Source: Patescibacteria group bacterium
GTDB lineage: Bacteria; Patescibacteriota; Patescibacteriia; UBA9934; GWF2-40-263
Direction of reading: 5' to 3'
DNA length: 64,000 nt
NCBI GenBank assembly: GCA_038065075.1
Contig: JBBTRQ010000019.1
Span: 9,456-73,455 of the forward strand
Part shown: one piece after another, positions 40,339 to 50,455 of the stretch
Layout of the letters: every line of letters starts with the position of its first letter
Position numbering within the stretch: the stretch's first letter is position 1
Program-made: the position numbers and the translations under genes
Notes under the pieces: model-generated
Databases searched by the model: none
Seen by the model: the letters and a program-made list of their open reading frames with translations, nothing else
Told to the model about the DNA's origin: nothing

Positions 40339-41445
40339 ATGAAGCTTGACTGGTCACAACTCCCCCGACCCATCATCGCGCTCTCCCCCATGGCCGACAT
40401 GACGGACAGTGCGTTTTGTCGTGTTGTTCGAGCCATCGAACAACACGACCCTGAGCGATCCCGAGCTTGTCGAGGGGGAGTCGAAGGGTGCAGGCAGGTT
40501 GTTCTCTTCCGCGAGATGGTCTCCGCTGAGGCAGTCGTGCGCGGCAACGACAAGACACTCAACATGACCGACATCCACCCTGACGAGCGGCCGCTCGTGC
40601 AACAGCTCTTTGGAAGCGACCCGCAGACGATGGCAGAGGCGGCGCGTATCATCCAAGAGCAACACCACCCTGAGGGCTTCGACGTAAACATGGGATGTCC
40701 CGTGTACAAGATCGTACACAACTTCAACGGCGCGGCGCTCATGAAGGAACCAGAGCTCGCGACGAAGATCATCCAAGCGATGAAAGCCTCTACGACCGTT
40801 CCACTCTCGATCAAGATCCGTACCGGCTGGGATGACCCTCGTGAGTGCATCGAGTTTTCAAAAGTCGTGGAAGCGGCAGGCGCCGACCTCATCACCCTGC
40901 ACGGTCGAACAAAGTCCCAAGGTTACTCGGGACAGTCGGATTGGAACCTGATTGGCGAGGTGAAGAAGGGCCTTTCGATTCCCCTCTTGGCCAACGGCGA
41001 TATCCACACACCTCCATTGACTTTGAAAGCGCTGGAAACAACGGGAGCCGACGGCGTCTTGATTGCGCGAGGAGCGCTTGGCAACCCGTGGATTTTTTCT
41101 CAGATCGAGGATCTTCTCGGAGGCCGGGAGCCCAAGGCGGTGACACTTGAGGAACGCGTGCGGGTTGTGAAACAACATCTCGTGTATCACATCGAGCAAT
41201 ACGGGGACCCCTCGACGGGGCTCGGGGCGGGACGCGGCGTGGTCACATTCCGAAAACATCTCTCGTGGTACTTCCGCGGGATCAATGGCGCCAAGCCGTA
41301 TAAGGACCGATTACACACGGCCACGACGAGCAAAGAGATCAACATGATTCTGGGCGAGATGTTACTCGAGGGACTCGTGGACGGACTCTCGACTCGTGAC
41401 GCCCTGCATCCTCAAGCGGCAGAACGCGCCTTCATGAAGAAATAA
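40339..41445 (+). CDS. dusB: tRNA-dihydrouridine synthase
   Basis: LSPMADMTD, QLFGS, NMGCP, HGRT, ANGDI, GNPW. Confidence 0.92.
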   Translation: MKLDWSQLPRPIIALSPMADMTDSAFCRVVRAIEQHDPERSRACRGGVEGCRQVVLFREMVSAEAVVRGNDKTLNMTDIHPDERPLVQQLFGSDPQTMAEAARIIQEQHHPEGFDVNMGCPVYKIVHNFNGAALMKEPELATKIIQAMKASTTVPLSIKIRTGWDDPRECIEFSKVVEAAGADLITLHGRTKSQGYSGQSDWNLIGEVKKGLSIPLLANGDIHTPPLTLKALETTGADGVLIARGALGNPWIFSQIEDLLGGREPKAVTLEERVRVVKQHLVYHIEQYGDPSTGLGAGRGVVTFRKHLSWYFRGINGAKPYKDRLHTATTSKEINMILGEMLLEGLVDGLSTRDALHPQAAERAFMKK

Positions 41446-41470
41446 TACTTGTAGTGAGCAACGTCGAACT

Positions 41471-42421
41471 ATGACCATCGGCATCCTCATTTTCTCCGAG
41501 CCACGCGACGAAGTGTACACAGGCGTTGACCGTCTTGTTTCAGCTGGACAAGCGGCAGGCCACACCGTCGTCAAACTCTACGAGCCGCACCTCTCTTTCC
41601 TGTGTCATCCCGTCTTCGACTCCGAGGTCGCTCAGACTCGAGGAGAGCGAGCAGAGCGAGCCGAGGGATCTCCTCACGTCGCGACAATCCTTCACGAGGG
41701 CCAACCGCTTCCAAAACTCGATATCATCATCTCGCGACCGAACTTCGTCGAGGAACCGAGCCTGCGCACCTATGCCGTCCAGATGTTGGAGCGGGCTGGC
41801 TACCGAGTTATCAACGGCCGCCCTGGGTACACCTGGGCAAAAAATAAGCTCACGCAACACGTGTTATTTGCACAGCATGACCTCCCCTGTCCGCGTTGGG
41901 GAATCGCCCGTAGACCGGAAGATACCGTCGCGATCGCGAAGACCATCGGATTCCCGGTGATCGTAAAAGTGGCGTTTGGCACGCACGGCAAGGGCGTGTT
42001 CCTGGCCAAGGACGAGGAGTCTCTCTGGCCGATTGTGGACTATCTGGGTATCCGTGATGGGAACCCTATGATCGTTGAAGAGTTTATCGCGGAGGCTCGG
42101 TCGAGTGACCTGCGAGCATTCGTCATTGGCGGTGAGGTCGTCGGGGCGATGCAGAGAACAGCCGCGGTCGGAGACACGCGAGCAAACACCTCCAGCGGCG
42201 GAACAGGATCGCCGATTGAACTCACACAAGCGGAACAAGCTCTGGCGATCCGCGCCGCCAAGGTGTTTGACCTTGAAATCGCTGGCGTGGATCTCATTCG
42301 TTCAAAACAGGGTCCTCTCCTGCTCGAAGTAAATGGAAACCCCGGCTTCCGAGAACTCGAAAAGGTCACGAGCCTCGACATCGCTCACAAGATCATTGAC
42401 TACGCGGTCGGTCAGTCGTAA
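41471..42421 (+). CDS. RimK family ATP-grasp ligase
   Basis: GTHGKGV, DLRAFVIG, RANTSSGG, AGVDLI, EVNGNPG. Confidence 0.9.
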   Translation: MTIGILIFSEPRDEVYTGVDRLVSAGQAAGHTVVKLYEPHLSFLCHPVFDSEVAQTRGERAERAEGSPHVATILHEGQPLPKLDIIISRPNFVEEPSLRTYAVQMLERAGYRVINGRPGYTWAKNKLTQHVLFAQHDLPCPRWGIARRPEDTVAIAKTIGFPVIVKVAFGTHGKGVFLAKDEESLWPIVDYLGIRDGNPMIVEEFIAEARSSDLRAFVIGGEVVGAMQRTAAVGDTRANTSSGGTGSPIELTQAEQALAIRAAKVFDLEIAGVDLIRSKQGPLLLEVNGNPGFRELEKVTSLDIAHKIIDYAVGQS

Positions 42422-42461
42422 TTGGGGTCAGGTCTGTACGTGAACTTTTAAGTGTATGGAT

Positions 42462-43496
42462 CTAGTCCCTCCTCTGCTTAATAGCTGTTCTTCGTGATGG
42501 CACAATAACAACGGGGTAGTCAGTTAATGCCCGAGCCTCGTCTACCACACCCCGTTCTAATATGACATCCTCCGGGGATATAAAATAGACAAAACTCGTC
42601 TTGTACGGTTCGGCAGGATTTTTTCCGGCGTAAAGACAGAGTCGCAAATAGGTTTCCAAAAAATGTTTTGGGTCGTATGACGGTTCTGTATACTCGACTG
42701 GATTGCGCCCTCCATCACCCAAAGCACTATCATTCGACAACTGTGCAGACCTAAGTTCTACTCGGCCGTCTTGTTGAATAATTTCGTACACGTCATGAGC
42801 GGGCCCTCGTCCCTTAACGCCGAGATCGTTTAGCACGTTCGTAACGCTATCACTACTAACGGCACCTCTAAAATACAAAACAAAGCGACTCCCCTCGAAA
42901 AGCTTAAATGAAGCTGGCAATGCCTTCAGAGTAGCAAGCGTGTTTAGCATCTCTTCTAACTTACCTGAACGCAAGGCATTCAATAGGTCTTTAGATTCAA
43001 TGTAGTATTTGTAATCCTGAGGCACGCTAGGCACCTCAGACTGTTTTTCAACCTCATAGTAACGGCCAAACTCACTATCATGAAAATGATAATCCCTAAC
43101 AAAGTCTTTATAAAGCTGGCCTATCTCTTTTCGCTCAGCTGAAGTCAGTTCTTCCAGACTTTCCAAACTATGTCGTTGTAAAAAATCTTGATGAAGCCAC
43201 CTAGGCAGTGCAATCTTTGGTGCGGGCCCCCGAAAAAAAGGAGTGTGACGAATGTAAACTCCACCAATAAAACCCGTATTTGCTAACTGGCTTACGAAGC
43301 GTTCAATCTTCGGATCTTTAATTGCCTCGTCTGGATCCGCATCGAGCAAAGAAAGAAAATGGGCTACTTCGCGTGCCGATTCGTTAAATTGTTCAGGAAA
43401 CTCAACATGATTTTCTGTCTCAATCTTCAGTCCACGATTCTCTGAGCCGTCTTCTCTAGACGACCTCGATTCATATTCTTTATGTCTCCGTAACAT
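42462..43496 (-). CDS. Hypothetical protein, AT-richer than flanks, downstream of tRNA-Gln
   Basis: 344-aa ORF with few competing ORFs. Confidence 0.7.
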   Translation of the reverse strand: MLRRHKEYESRSSREDGSENRGLKIETENHVEFPEQFNESAREVAHFLSLLDADPDEAIKDPKIERFVSQLANTGFIGGVYIRHTPFFRGPAPKIALPRWLHQDFLQRHSLESLEELTSAERKEIGQLYKDFVRDYHFHDSEFGRYYEVEKQSEVPSVPQDYKYYIESKDLLNALRSGKLEEMLNTLATLKALPASFKLFEGSRFVLYFRGAVSSDSVTNVLNDLGVKGRGPAHDVYEIIQQDGRVELRSAQLSNDSALGDGGRNPVEYTEPSYDPKHFLETYLRLCLYAGKNPAEPYKTSFVYFISPEDVILERGVVDEARALTDYPVVIVPSRRTAIKQRRD

Positions 43497-43604
43497 AAGT
43501 GAATAGTTATCTGCTATTTAGGAAAGTCTATCGATCTGAACTAAAGATTCACTGCAAGAGATGGTAGGTCTCCACCGTCCACTTCTTAAGATATACTATA
43601 CAAC

Positions 43605-43634
43605 AAAAACAGATCGCACTAGCGATCTGTTTTT
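43605..43634 (-). terminator. tRNA terminator
   Basis: AAAAACAGATCGC-ACTA-GCGATCTGTTTTT. Confidence 0.8.
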
Positions 43635-43636
43635 GT

Positions 43637-43710
43637 TGGTTCCCGAGCAGGGATTCGAACCCCGATTAGCTGATTCAGAGTCAGCTGTCCTGCCCTTAGA
43701 CGACTCGGGA
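43637..43710 (-). tRNA. tRNA-Gln(CTG)
   Basis: TCCCGAG acceptor, GCTGA-CTCTGAA-TCAGC, GGTTCGAATCC, CCA end. Confidence 0.96.
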
Positions 43711-43770
43711 GTATCATTGGAGAACGGCGAAAGAGTAACATTCACGTGCCTCATCGTCAACGAACCCTCT

Positions 43771-45333
43771 TTACACAACACTCCCACCAAACTCCTGCAG
43801 AAGCTCGCCGACGGTATCGTCTGCCTGCACACCGATCTTTTTCTGAATCGCCTTCACTCGCAAACGCTTCCCAAGAACTTGTTCGAAGACCCCTTCAATC
43901 AGTTTACGATTTTTGTCTTGATTCACCGCCTCCACGTAGAGACCATACTCAAACCCGAGTTCCACCCGCTCGCCCTCGACGCCAGAAACTTCACATCCCT
44001 GCATCATCATGGGCAGTGACGCGTTACACGACTTGATCTGTTCGTACACTTCCGGCCATTTGTTCTTCACCTCCTCGAGGCTGATAACGGGGACGGAGTC
44101 GAAGACGGTGTCGACGGCCTCGAGATCCCTCGACTCCCCTTCGACTCGCTTCGCTCGCTCAGGGTCGCTCGGGATGACACATACTGGTTTGGGCTGCGAC
44201 TCCACTCGGCTTGAAACAACCTCCTGCTTCTTAAAATCCTGTGGCTCGACTCGAGATCCCTCGGCTCGGTCGTCGGACGACCTCGCTCGGGATGACACAG
44301 AGGAAGAGACCCCACACACGTTGATAATGGCGAGCTCAACCGGAAGTTGCGGGATGTTCTCGCTGTATCGAGCCCGTTGTGCCTCTAGCAGGTGCTCGAT
44401 GGCAGACTGGAGAAACCCGACGTCAAACGTCCCGGTCCCCCCAACAGACTCAAGCAACCGATCCCGCAACCACGAAATCGTCTCGGAAACAAAGTTTCGG
44501 AGGTCGACACCTTGTTCGAGAGACTCGTTGAGTTGCGTGATGGCCTGCGCGGCGTTGTGTGACTGAAGGGACGAAACAAACTGTTCAATCAAAACGGTTT
44601 GCGTGGCTGGGAGAACCAACGACGCCTCCTTCATGCCGATTTCCTTATCCCCCAATGAGAGGACCTGTCCCAGAAGACTCTCGGCATCGCGAGCGCATCC
44701 ACCGCTGTGTCGCGCAATCTCTCGTAGAACCGCCTCATCGACCTTCACGCCTTCCTCTTTGACGATCCCTTTCATGCGCGCCACAAGCCCATCAACAGAA
44801 ATACGCTTGAAGTCGAATCGCTGACAGCGACTGATAATGGTCTCGGGAACCTTGTGGATCTCGGTCGTTGCCAGGATAAACACCACATGCGCGGGCGGCT
44901 CCTCGAGCGTTTTCAACAGCGCGTTGAACGCCGACGTCGACAGCATGTGTACCTCGTCGATGATATACACTTTCTTCTTCAATACGTTGGGAGCAAATCG
45001 AACCGAGTCGATGATGGTCTCCCTCACGTTCTCCACGCCGGTATTGGACGCCGCATCAATTTCGTACACATCAAGCGCCTGACCACTCGCGATCGACACG
45101 CAGGCCTCACACGTATTACACGGCTCGTTCTTCTTGGGCGAAAGACAATTCACCAGCTTGGCGATGAGCCGAGCCGTTGTTGTTTTTCCCACACCTCGCG
45201 GACCCGTAAACAAATAGGCGTGAGCGATGGAGCCCGTCGCCTGTTGGTTCTGGATGGTCCGAACCACATGCTCCTGCCCGCTCACCTCCTGAAATGTTTT
45301 GGGTCGATAGGTGCGATAAATCGCCTGTCCCAT
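43771..45333 (-). CDS. dnaX: DNA polymerase III subunit gamma/tau
   Basis: YRP..F, GPRGVGKTT, EIDAAS, DEVHML, SRC. Confidence 0.96.
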   Translation of the reverse strand: MGQAIYRTYRPKTFQEVSGQEHVVRTIQNQQATGSIAHAYLFTGPRGVGKTTTARLIAKLVNCLSPKKNEPCNTCEACVSIASGQALDVYEIDAASNTGVENVRETIIDSVRFAPNVLKKKVYIIDEVHMLSTSAFNALLKTLEEPPAHVVFILATTEIHKVPETIISRCQRFDFKRISVDGLVARMKGIVKEEGVKVDEAVLREIARHSGGCARDAESLLGQVLSLGDKEIGMKEASLVLPATQTVLIEQFVSSLQSHNAAQAITQLNESLEQGVDLRNFVSETISWLRDRLLESVGGTGTFDVGFLQSAIEHLLEAQRARYSENIPQLPVELAIINVCGVSSSVSSRARSSDDRAEGSRVEPQDFKKQEVVSSRVESQPKPVCVIPSDPERAKRVEGESRDLEAVDTVFDSVPVISLEEVKNKWPEVYEQIKSCNASLPMMMQGCEVSGVEGERVELGFEYGLYVEAVNQDKNRKLIEGVFEQVLGKRLRVKAIQKKIGVQADDTVGELLQEFGGSVV

Positions 45334-45338
45334 AGTTC

Positions 45339-45956
45339 CTATTGATTCAATCTCTCAAGCGCCGCCCACACAGAGGTTCCTCCGCTTGGTACGAGGATCA
45401 CAACTTCATCTCCCAAAATTCCTTTGAAGTATGAAACACTCGCCGCAAGGACTTTATACACGTCTTCCTCTACCTGGACAATCGGTTCCTGTGTGGACGA
45501 ATCGATCCCGAGTCTTCCGACCAAGCGACGACGTTCCACCGGGCCGATCTGCTTGAAGACATAACTCCCGTCAGGCTTCACCATGAGCTTCAACATGTCC
45601 CCTTCAACGAGCTTGGACTTGGACGCATAGTTCTCTGGAACGTTGTAACGCACCCCATCCGCGCCGACCATCCCCTGTCCGTCAAACACGCCTTCGATCA
45701 CGCGCATGCCCATGCCGGACTCCAATTCAGACTCGTCCAGTTTTTTGCGTGAGACGAAGTCGACCATCTGCCGCGTCGCGCGCGCCGTGTCTCCTTCCTC
45801 TAACAGCTCAATCACGTGACTGAGGTTGTCACGCGTTTGCTTGAGCATCTGCAGAGCCAACCGCTGACGAGCATCGCCGTGCTCGCGGGTATTGGCGTGA
45901 ATTTCCACGTCCGGCTCCATCTCGAAATCAATTGTCTCCTCTTCGATATCGTGCAT
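45339..45956 (-). CDS. Conserved CPR-type hypothetical protein
   Basis: VIEGVFDGQ, VPENYASKSKLVEGD, FKQIGPVER. Confidence 0.8.
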   Translation of the reverse strand: MHDIEEETIDFEMEPDVEIHANTREHGDARQRLALQMLKQTRDNLSHVIELLEEGDTARATRQMVDFVSRKKLDESELESGMGMRVIEGVFDGQGMVGADGVRYNVPENYASKSKLVEGDMLKLMVKPDGSYVFKQIGPVERRRLVGRLGIDSSTQEPIVQVEEDVYKVLAASVSYFKGILGDEVVILVPSGGTSVWAALERLNQ

Positions 45957-46005
45957 ACCTCCGGTTCCCCTCCTTTTCAAGGAGGGGCTAGGGGTGGTTA
46001 AAATT

Positions 46006-48564
46006 TTAAAACTCACTCGCCTCTGGCATAGCTGGCGTCGCCCCACCACGATTCCCCAATGCGGTGCGTTCCATAATCTCGGCTTCGACAATCGAACGGT
46101 CACGGCCATACTTGAGGCGCGACAATTCCTTAATCGCGGTGGCGAGTTCCACGTCCCCTTTTGGTGGAGGCGTGAAGTTCATGGTGAATGGCTTCTGTTG
46201 GGCGTTGTCCACGATCATTTTAACGTACCAGGTGAATTTATCCGAATTGATCAGATCGTAGCCGGAAAACTCGGGCGAATAAATCTTCCCGAGCGTCTCC
46301 ACGTCCTCCGGTCCAATACGCGCGACAAAGTTCGTCCCGACGTTGCCGAACACGGCATCCTTAATCTTCGTGTCGTTATTTTTCACGAGTTGGCCGATGT
46401 ATTGGTGGGCGATGATGAGGTTCAGACGGTACTTACGCGCTTCAGACAGAATCGTCGCGATCGAATCGGTAATGTAGTTTTGAAACTCGTCGATGTAGAG
46501 ATAGAAGTCATGACGCTGATCCTCCGGCAAATCGGCTCGCGTGAGCGCGGCCATCTGAAGTTTCGAGACGATCACCAGACCGAGAAGCTCCGCGTTCACG
46601 TCTCCGGTTTTTCCCTTGGAGAGGTTCACGAGCAGAATCTTCTTGTTGTCCATGACTTCGCGGAAGTTGAAACTCGACCTACTCTGGCCGATGATGTTTC
46701 GCATCATCTCATTCTCAACGAAACGACCGACTTTGGACACGAGGTAGCCCATCATCTCGGATTTGTGATAGTCACTGGTGTTATCGATTTCATCTTCCCA
46801 GAACGAGCGCACCACGGGATCCTTCAGCTTCGCGCGCCACATATCCTGGAACTTCTTGTCCGTCACCATGCGCGGAATCTCAGCGATGGTTCCAGGGTTT
46901 TCCGGGTCGGACATGAGGGTGAGCATGAAGTTACGCATCTGGTGCTCGAACATCGGACCGATCATCTCTGGTGGAAACAGCTTGTAAAAAACAGAGATCA
47001 TTTCCTGCACGGCAAAATCTTTCATGGCGTCGTTTGGCGCCTCGAGCATATTGAGCCCCATAGGCCGTTCCATGTCCGACGGATTGAACACAATCACATC
47101 GTCCACACGATCCTTGGGGATGTTCGCCAAAATAAGTTCGATGAGATCCCCGTGCGGCTCCACCACGGCCACACCGTGACCGGCCTTGATATCCTGAATC
47201 GCCAACGCCGCAATGAGTTGCGACTTACCGGAACCAGACTTGCCCACGACATACATGTGCCGTGTGCGGTCGACCGACTTCATCCAGATCGGCGTCTTGA
47301 TGCCACGGAACATGTTATAGCCAAGCTCGATGTCGCCATCCTCTGGCCCAGGAATACCAGATGGTGCAGGACCTTTGCGCGCCCCGAGCCACTTGATGTT
47401 GGGCGTCTCTGTCCATGGCAAAGGCAGATGCCACAAACTCGCCATTTCCTCCGCGTTGAGAACGATTGTGTTGCTCTCGTTGAATCCGCGATAGATAAAG
47501 TCGCGGATAATACGCTTCTTGCGGCGCGGGACAACCTTCACGAACGAATTGCCGTACTCGTAGATATTGTACTGCGCGAACGCGTTAAGCATGTTCTGCA
47601 AAAGCGTCTGGGCGTTTGTGGCGGACCTAGAGGACGTCACGAGCCGAATGCACACATCCATCCCCGCCTTGCTCGCTTTTGTTTGCAGTCCCTTCACGAT
47701 CTGATCCTCCAGAGGTGAGAGTCGATATTCTTTTTCTGGTTCCTGCGGCTTGTCTCCCCCAAACCCCGTGAGCTCGGCCAAATTCGACTTGGACTTCTTC
47801 TTTCCCGCGATCGCCTCCTCCAGCTTCATGCCTTGCATCATGTTGGTGGCGATCTTCACGCCCTTCTTGCGCCACTTGCCATACGAAGAACGCACCAGGA
47901 ACTGGAATGCCGCTCCGTCGCCCTCGGGAATTTTGGAGAGCACGTTTGTGATGGCGTTGAGGGGATCCTTCTCCAACTCTGTATAGGTCTTGATCGGGAA
48001 GGCGTTTTGGCGTCGAAAAACCAGATGACTTCCTAAAATGTACCCCTCAGGCTGAAAGATATTGTAGTCCTCGACTTCTTCCGTGTAGGCGTCTGGATAG
48101 GCGGCCGAGAGTTGCTGTTCGACGAATTCGCGCAATTCAACCGGCGCACTCACGTAAAACTTGATGAGCTTCTTCTCGACGACGATCTCAAACGAAAACT
48201 CATCGTGCCGTCCCAGGAGCCAGGCTCTGAATCCGTGCTGGGCCGTCAATCCACCGACTGATGAAAAAAACGATTCCGCTGCCGCGATCCCCTCATGTAC
48301 TTGATCTTTCGTGGGACCACGCTCGCTCTCCTCCTCATGACGGAATTTCGGCAGGGTCACCAACAGCGTCACTCGACGAAACGTGGCCTGTTTGGCAAGG
48401 GATATTCGTCGAAGAAAAAATCTCACCACAAACAACAGTCCAACAACAATGGCGAGTCCGAGCACGACCCACAAAATCACCCCGGCAATAAAAAGATCCC
48501 CCTGGGCCGCGGCGCGCACGGGATCCGGTTGTGTCTGAAGTCCGAACTGAAAGAGGTACATCAC
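46006..48564 (-). CDS. TraD/VirD4/HerA-like membrane-anchored ATPase (CPR type)
   Basis: RHMYVVGKSGSGKS, EPHGDL, LYIDEFQN, SEARKY, AHQY. Confidence 0.88.
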   Translation of the reverse strand: MMYLFQFGLQTQPDPVRAAAQGDLFIAGVILWVVLGLAIVVGLLFVVRFFLRRISLAKQATFRRVTLLVTLPKFRHEEESERGPTKDQVHEGIAAAESFFSSVGGLTAQHGFRAWLLGRHDEFSFEIVVEKKLIKFYVSAPVELREFVEQQLSAAYPDAYTEEVEDYNIFQPEGYILGSHLVFRRQNAFPIKTYTELEKDPLNAITNVLSKIPEGDGAAFQFLVRSSYGKWRKKGVKIATNMMQGMKLEEAIAGKKKSKSNLAELTGFGGDKPQEPEKEYRLSPLEDQIVKGLQTKASKAGMDVCIRLVTSSRSATNAQTLLQNMLNAFAQYNIYEYGNSFVKVVPRRKKRIIRDFIYRGFNESNTIVLNAEEMASLWHLPLPWTETPNIKWLGARKGPAPSGIPGPEDGDIELGYNMFRGIKTPIWMKSVDRTRHMYVVGKSGSGKSQLIAALAIQDIKAGHGVAVVEPHGDLIELILANIPKDRVDDVIVFNPSDMERPMGLNMLEAPNDAMKDFAVQEMISVFYKLFPPEMIGPMFEHQMRNFMLTLMSDPENPGTIAEIPRMVTDKKFQDMWRAKLKDPVVRSFWEDEIDNTSDYHKSEMMGYLVSKVGRFVENEMMRNIIGQSRSSFNFREVMDNKKILLVNLSKGKTGDVNAELLGLVIVSKLQMAALTRADLPEDQRHDFYLYIDEFQNYITDSIATILSEARKYRLNLIIAHQYIGQLVKNNDTKIKDAVFGNVGTNFVARIGPEDVETLGKIYSPEFSGYDLINSDKFTWYVKMIVDNAQQKPFTMNFTPPPKGDVELATAIKELSRLKYGRDRSIVEAEIMERTALGNRGGATPAMPEASEF

Positions 48565-49085
48565 AGGTCTGGATTTCGTTTTTTTTCTTCTTCGGTCACG
48601 AGCAAAATCTTGTCAGTCTTAATCTTTGCCTCCTGCTCGAGGAAAAACCGGTTCACGCCAGGAATAATCTTGAGCCATCCGCGGATGAGGGCGAACACTT
48701 TCTTGGCGTTAACCTTCGCGGTGCTGACTAACTGTCGGATCTTTGAACGGGTCTCTTCTCCCTTCTGCCGAAACTCCGCCTGCTTATCCGGCGGCATGGC
48801 GACATAGAGATCCTTGAGATCTTCCTCGAGGATGTCGTCGATCTCCTCTTCGAGACGGTCTACTGGCTTCACGGCAACGGGAGTTTTCCGCGTTGTGACG
48901 AGCTGAGGCTCTTGTGGCGTTTCTCCCTCTGGGGTCGACTCTGGTTGTGGGGCTTCACCTTCAACAGGTTGTTCCACCGCCGACTGCCCAACTTCAATCT
49001 CCGGAGCACGCTCCGGTGTCTTTGATACCTCTGTGATTTCCGGAACCTTATTCAACCCTTCCTGTTTTGGTAGGTCATTTGCCAT
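48561..49085 (-). CDS. Hypothetical protein coupled to the ATPase gene
   Basis: Disordered N-terminus; WLKIIPGVNRFFLEQEAKIK C-terminus. Confidence 0.7.
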   Translation of the reverse strand: MANDLPKQEGLNKVPEITEVSKTPERAPEIEVGQSAVEQPVEGEAPQPESTPEGETPQEPQLVTTRKTPVAVKPVDRLEEEIDDILEEDLKDLYVAMPPDKQAEFRQKGEETRSKIRQLVSTAKVNAKKVFALIRGWLKIIPGVNRFFLEQEAKIKTDKILLVTEEEKKRNPDL

Positions 49086-49251
49086 ACTGTTTGTCATTGC
49101 GAGGAGCCCTGAGCCTGTCGAAGGGCGACGAAGCAATCTCTCCTTTCTCGCATGGATAGTTTACCATATTTTCTTTGCTGGCTGGGCATAAAAAGAAACA
49201 CCCCGCGAGACAGCGAGCCATCCGTTAGGATGTTTCTCGCCGACCGCGGGG

Positions 49252-49626
49252 TCAGCTGCGTGGGTTCTTGAGGAAGCGGCGGATCAGCACCACCGACCAG
49301 ATGGTCGGGACCATGCTGGCGAACATGCCGCTGGCCTGCATCCAGTCGTCGTGCTGGACGCCGTTGAGCGCGAGGCTCACCTGGATGAACAGGAAGAGCC
49401 CGTACATCTGCAGGGAGTGGCCATCTCCGCGTCCGGACTTCCAGAGCTGGAAGGTCTGGGTCGCCAGGCCGTAGGCGTTGAGCCAGCCGCCGATGAAGAC
49501 GATGGCCGTGACGAGGATCCAGAACAACTCTCCCATGAGGATGTTCTGGTGCCAAGCGATCCAGAGGGCTCCTACCAAAATTCCGATGACAAATCCGATG
49601 AGATTTTGTCTGATGAAGAGCTTCAC
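49252..49626 (-). CDS. SemiSWEET/PQ-loop-like membrane protein (4 TM)
   Basis: AAGGAG RBS plus GTG; LATQTFQLWKSGRGDGHSL motif. Confidence 0.55.
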   Translation of the reverse strand: MKLFIRQNLIGFVIGILVGALWIAWHQNILMGELFWILVTAIVFIGGWLNAYGLATQTFQLWKSGRGDGHSLQMYGLFLFIQVSLALNGVQHDDWMQASGMFASMVPTIWSVVLIRRFLKNPRS

Positions 49627-49639
49627 GACGTACTCCTTT

Positions 49640-49939
49640 TCAATAGGTGATGTACTGCCAGACGAGGACGATGCTGGCCAACAGGCCCAGCACGTCCGCG
49701 GGAAGCAGGTACCAGGCGCGGGCGCTGGCCTGGTACGGGATGCGCACGGCGTAGAGCACGAGCGCGACGACGATGAGCACGGGGTCGATCCCGCACTCGT
49801 GCGCCTTCCAGTTCTTGATGATCTGGGACGGGAAGCCCAGGAGAACCATCCCGATCCCACAGGCGAGCGTCAGCTTGCCGAGCCGAGCCTTCCAGGGCTC
49901 GAGCCGCAGAGCGATCTGCTCGGCGAGGTTCTTGGCCAT
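49640..49939 (-). CDS. SemiSWEET/PQ-loop-like membrane protein (3 TM)
   Basis: GGAG RBS; GFPSQIIKNWK motif; three hydrophobic helices. Confidence 0.6.
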   Translation of the reverse strand: MAKNLAEQIALRLEPWKARLGKLTLACGIGMVLLGFPSQIIKNWKAHECGIDPVLIVVALVLYAVRIPYQASARAWYLLPADVLGLLASIVLVWQYITY

Positions 49940-50101
49940 GGGGACTCCGGGTTGAGGGGTTCGACGACTTCGCGGATCGATGGATCGAAACGCAAATCGA
50001 CCTTGGATAATACACGAAAAAGCCGAAAAGTCAAGAGAAATGGCACGATCCAAACCAAAAACCAGCCGTTTCTGGCTGGTTCTGTGGATGTCGGTAGTCG
50101 A

Positions 50102-50422
50102 TTATTCAACGGCCTGTGGAAAAAGCCGAATGCTACGCACATGTTCAATCTCTTCTATGGGTGCGACCTTGTGTCGTTCGAGAAGATCGAGAATCAAGTT
50201 CACCTTTTGGTCTTCTTTTCGTTGGCGGCTCACGGTCACACCCTCGATATCCGCAAACCCTTCAGACATCTTGTCGATCATGTGCAACTGAAACTCTCTA
50301 AACTCCTGCTTTGTTAGCATCTGCCCCATCTGCTCCCTAATTAAATCAAATTGCTTCTGTGTCTCAGAAGATGAAGCGTTGATCGCCTCGAGGATATCGT
50401 TTGTGGAAACCTGATCGTTCAT
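50102..50422 (-). CDS. Hypothetical coiled-coil protein
   Basis: 106-aa ORF; STNDILEAI, RKEDQKV. Confidence 0.65.
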   Translation of the reverse strand: MNDQVSTNDILEAINASSSETQKQFDLIREQMGQMLTKQEFREFQLHMIDKMSEGFADIEGVTVSRQRKEDQKVNLILDLLERHKVAPIEEIEHVRSIRLFPQAVE

Positions 50423-50455
50423 ACGCGTTTATTTTAGATGAACACGAACGTATTG

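Noticed and set aside
45994-47718. 574-aa plus-strand ORF
   Set aside because: Antisense shadow of the TraD-like ATPase, with no recognisable motifs
46006-48564. Conjugative element suggested by the TraD/VirD4-like ATPase
   Set aside because: No relaxase, mating-pair genes or integrase nearby; such ATPases are common chromosomal genes in CPR
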